Positions 33,807-37,318 of a stretch of DNA of 37,318 nt are shown piece by piece. The position numbers and the translations under genes were made by a program. Origin of the DNA: Octopus bimaculoides (lineage: Eukaryota); the NCBI RefSeq assembly GCF_001194135.2, contig NC_068984.1:38490782-38528099 (forward strand). The letters run 5' to 3'. Every line of letters starts with the position of its first letter. Position 1 is the stretch's first letter. The notes under the pieces were generated by a model. It worked only from the letters and a program-made list of their open reading frames with translations, was not told the origin of the DNA and did no database searches.

Positions 33807-34541
33807 CTATTTATATAGAATAACACATCTTTAGTGCTTTTGCATTTGCACAGGTTTAACACAAGAGGGAAACATTGTTCTACAAGCTACATGTGTAATG
33901 TATGTTATTAATTGCTACAATATTTGATTATCAGTATTCAGGCGAGGTGTTACTTAACGGCCAGTAATATTTAAAAAAAAAAAAAAAGCAAATATAATTT
34001 AGGCTTTATAGTAATTATCTTGAATGCCCACACCAAACAGCCGCTTTTAGCGCCAATTGACATAATAGATTTGAACAATTAAGCACCAGAAAAGAAAAAA
34101 AAGAAAGAAAGAAACTGTTTATAAATAAATTAGTAGTTCTGGAAAATAAACGATGTCGCCAAGTGGCAAATTTAGACAATAGCAATAACAACCACTATGT
34201 GTTTGGAAAAGAATGTCAAGCATGGGAAGAGAAAAAAGATAAACGTTGGTAGGTGGTTATAAAAGAAAAAACAAAAAAACAGCTGGTCAGTTGAGAAGTA
34301 GGATGGGTATTCTTAGAGTAGGTTCTGAAAAGTGGTTCTTGTCCAAACATTGAGAGACCCAACAAGAAGCAACTATGTTGCAACCGAAAGAGATAGTGAA
34401 TAATTTTATTTGAAAATTAAAATTATTTATTTGAATTTTTTTTTTAAATTATAGAAGAATGTGTCAAGTAAATAATGCATATGACGATTTATCACACAAG
34501 CTAGAAGTTTCAATTTATTTCTTAGACATGAGGTCGTCTGC

Positions 34542-34586
<45 letters not shown>

Positions 34587-34605
34587 TAGATAGATAGATA
34601 TATAT
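34542..34605. repeat. (AT)n/(AGAT)n microsatellite
   Basis: Direct reading. Confidence 0.95.
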
Positions 34606-34933
34606 AATCGTTTGACCAACGTTGCTTATATTGTATCGGTCCAGTAAGGATGATAGGAAAATTCAGTTTTATTTGAAATTGCATCACTGTAGTATTGAAT
34701 TTAATCACGTCCGTTTCCTATCCTCTCCGCCAAATTCCACCCTTTGATAGCAGGCGACCACTACATGTAAAAAGATACGAGCATAATTGAGATATCGATA
34801 CCTCAATATCACTAGTGTTTCAGCTACAGATCATTTCATTGAATACTGATCAAGTCACCAACGGTATCAATAATTTTCTATAGTGACATAAACATGAGGA
34901 AGCAAAGAGAAAAGATACAAATGGATGGCTCAC

Positions 34934-34945
34934 ACCTCCCGCCAT
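34934..34945 (-). CDS. Candidate first coding segment MAGG
   Basis: aataat-ATG GCG GGA GGT followed by donor GTGAGC within CpG-rich DNA. Confidence 0.45.
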
Positions 34946-35787
34946 ATTATTATTTATCCCCCACAGTTCTTGTTTATTTGCACAACATATTAATTGCATA
35001 ACGCATACTCCGATAAAACGAAATGACAACATCCACGGTTACGCATTGCATACACAGTGAGAAGTGTTTATATATATATAAACACATTGCCGTAAATGAC
35101 AGTAAATGTTTATGTATAGGAATCATTTAATAACAAAAATGTACTAAAAAGTCTAATATCAGTTGAAGTGGCTGATTGTAGATTTCAAATTCCGATAGTC
35201 TCCAAAATGTCAAATTAGAACGAAATGGAAGAACAGATTATAAATAAATAAAGAAACGGTTATAAAATTAAATTGTTTAAATGCTAATTCGATTTTGTCT
35301 ATTTAATAAATTCACTAAAATAGGTTTGTTATGATTGTTTAGCAATCGGTAAAATATCAAAATTGAGTGGTGACCGTCACCAGCTAGGAGTGTAGCAAAA
35401 ATATTAAAAAAAAAAGTTATGGTAGTAGTAATTCTATAGAACAGTGGCATTTCACATATCATGCAATAGCTGCATCATAATTCGGTACTGGTTCCCGCTA
35501 TAATTAAAACCGTTGTATTTATGTGCGTCTGAATATGCACACGTCTGGATGTGTGTGTGTGTGTGTATGTTATAACGTATAACCCAGACTTTCTCTGATT
35601 GTAAATAATTTTCACCACCGCCACCACTCATTCTTTATGGCACTCCCAGACATAAACAAGCACAGACAAGTAGTATTTTGTTACGATGTAAGGAGGAAAA
35701 AATATCGAAGCGATTTCGACAGCTGTATGCAAATAAAATGACTTTGAAAAACGTTACAGAGATGTTGAGGATAATAATGTAACTTAC

Positions 35788-35960
35788 CGGTCGTAAAGAA
35801 ACCTTAGCAGTTATAAATATTATCGATGTATCTGTTGTAAACCGTCTTCGCGATCGAGTCGAGGTGATCTAGGATTATTTCCCACTCCTTAACCAGTAAA
35901 ACATTCCAGTCAGCTAAGTAAGCAAGTAAAAGCACCGAAAAAGTTTTTCCTCGAAGTTTA
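35788..35960 (-). other. Candidate non-coding first exon (5' UTR)
   Basis: Donor CCG|GTAAGT, CpG-rich, no open ATG frame; 5' boundary approximate. Confidence 0.45.
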
Positions 35961-36293
35961 GAAACACTCACAATGTGGGCGAGTCTATTCAGTGGTTTGA
36001 TATAGGGGTGTATATCACTGCAGTTGTCTTTTTCTCTTTCCTTTTTATATTTTTTTCTGTCTTTTCGTTATTTTTACTACTCTATCCCGACGTTCTCTTC
36101 TTGTTTATACATTTAATCTCATATGATCGAGTTATTTCTTTTCACTTTTGGTTTTCGAAATCTGCCTGTTCAACTTTTTATCTTTTTTTCTTTCTTCTCC
36201 TTTTTTTTTTTTTCGTTTATCTGATCGTTGATAGGTCAGTCGCTCCTCAGTACTATCGTGGTAAACTTCGTTCTCTCGTCAGGATTAACAAAA

Positions 36294-36321
36294 ATGTTTT
36301 CTTTTCTGTCTTTCTCTTTGA
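36294..36321 (+). CDS. Candidate first coding segment (MFSFLSFSL+A) of a plus-strand gene running off the right edge
   Basis: aacaaaa-ATG Kozak-like context, donor GTAAGC at 36322, T-rich downstream sequence. Confidence 0.3.
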
Positions 36322-36469
36322 GTAAGCTGAAAAAAAATGAATGTTTATCTATTTATCATTCTCTTTCACATGCATTTCGCAATTCCAATGACACTCAGTA
36401 CTACATGCATATGAACCTCAACCATGAAAATTATAGTAAATTTGTTTTTTTCTAGTCGGCAGCCTACCG

Positions 36470-36520
36470 CCCTCCCTCGCTCTCTGTCTCCCCACTCTCT
36501 CTCTCTCCCTCTCTGTCTCT

Positions 36521-36600
<80 letters not shown>
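36470..36600. repeat. (CT)n polypyrimidine microsatellite
   Basis: Direct reading. Confidence 0.97.
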
Positions 36601-36601
<1 letters not shown>

Positions 36602-36849
36602 GTTTTTGTTTTTGTTGATGTTATCAGTATCTCAATGTTACCATGTTATCACGCAATTAAAAGGGTTGCATCTCGGTTCATTATTGCTATTCCATTGGTC
36701 GAGGTGAAACCTTCAGCTAAAACAGGAACGCATGAGGATGAATTTTAATTACATTCTAAAAGAAGTACATCAAGTCACACACAAGTACTTTTAGCAACTC
36801 CGTTGAAGTTATCAGCTTTAAAAAAAAATTTTTAAACCCCGAAAAACAG

Positions 36850-37272
36850 AACCTTGTTTCAGTCATTGCACTGTGACCATACTGCAGCACCGCCTTGAAG
36901 GTTTTTTTTTTTAATTGATCTCAATACTTATTTTTTAAAGCCTAATATTCTATCGGATTTCTTTTGCCGAACCGCTATGTTACGAGAACGCAAACAAACC
37001 AACACCGGTTGTCAAGCAGTAGTGGGGAACAAATACAGGCGCACACACACACATATATGTATGTATGTTTATACCTATCTATCTATCTACCTACACACAC
37101 ACACACACACATATGCAACGGACTTCTTTCAGTTTCCGTCTCTCAAACCCATTCACAAGACTTTGGTCGGTTCGGAGCTACAATATAAAACATTTGCCCA
37201 AGGTGCCACGCAGTCGGGCTGAATCCGAAACCATGTGGTTTAGAAACAAACTTCTTACCACACAGCCACGCC
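36850..37272 (-). mobile_element. CORE-type SINE, near full length, with internal (CA)/(TATC) repeats
   Basis: ttgtttcagtcattgcactgtgaccatactgcagcaccgcc ... tttgcccaaggtgccacgcagtcgggctgaa ... ttaccacacagccac. Confidence 0.88.
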
Positions 37273-37318
37273 ACATATATACACATTCACTCTATATGAC
37301 GTCACAAGTTTATCTTAA

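Larger units (their letters stand above)
33590..36330. promoter_or_regulatory. CpG-retaining, probably divergent promoter zone
   Basis: CpG frequent here but scarce at 0.6-33 kb; donor sites point away in both directions; A/T homopolymer skew flips near 36 kb; TATCGATA at 34793-34800. Confidence 0.55.

Overview
AT-rich, repeat-dense eukaryotic genomic DNA with four assembly N-gaps. The SINE families point to a cephalopod, probably Octopus (inferred from repeat sequence only). Most of the window is made of tRNA-derived SINEs (CORE-type, a second family with a Meta-like central domain, and RTE-tailed elements), decayed LINE fragments (RTE, CR1/L2-like, R4/Dong-like), Tc1/mariner-, piggyBac- and hAT-like DNA transposon remnants, and microsatellites. 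Nearly all supplied ORFs are artefacts of microsatellites, gaps or AT-rich DNA. Splice signals, poly-T/poly-A skew and CpG distribution suggest a multi-exon minus-strand gene from about 36 kb down to about 2 kb. I could not identify its product, and the exon calls are tentative. There is a probable divergent promoter at about 33.6-36.3 kb and a second CpG-rich promoter at about 0.2-0.35 kb. The best finding is a 521-bp insertion (10923-11443) flanked by a 12-bp target-site duplication. It consists of two head-to-head copies of a tRNA-headed SINE-like unit, each carrying a minimal Penelope-type hammerhead ribozyme motif. No rRNA, genuine tRNA gene, CRISPR array or prokaryotic system was seen.
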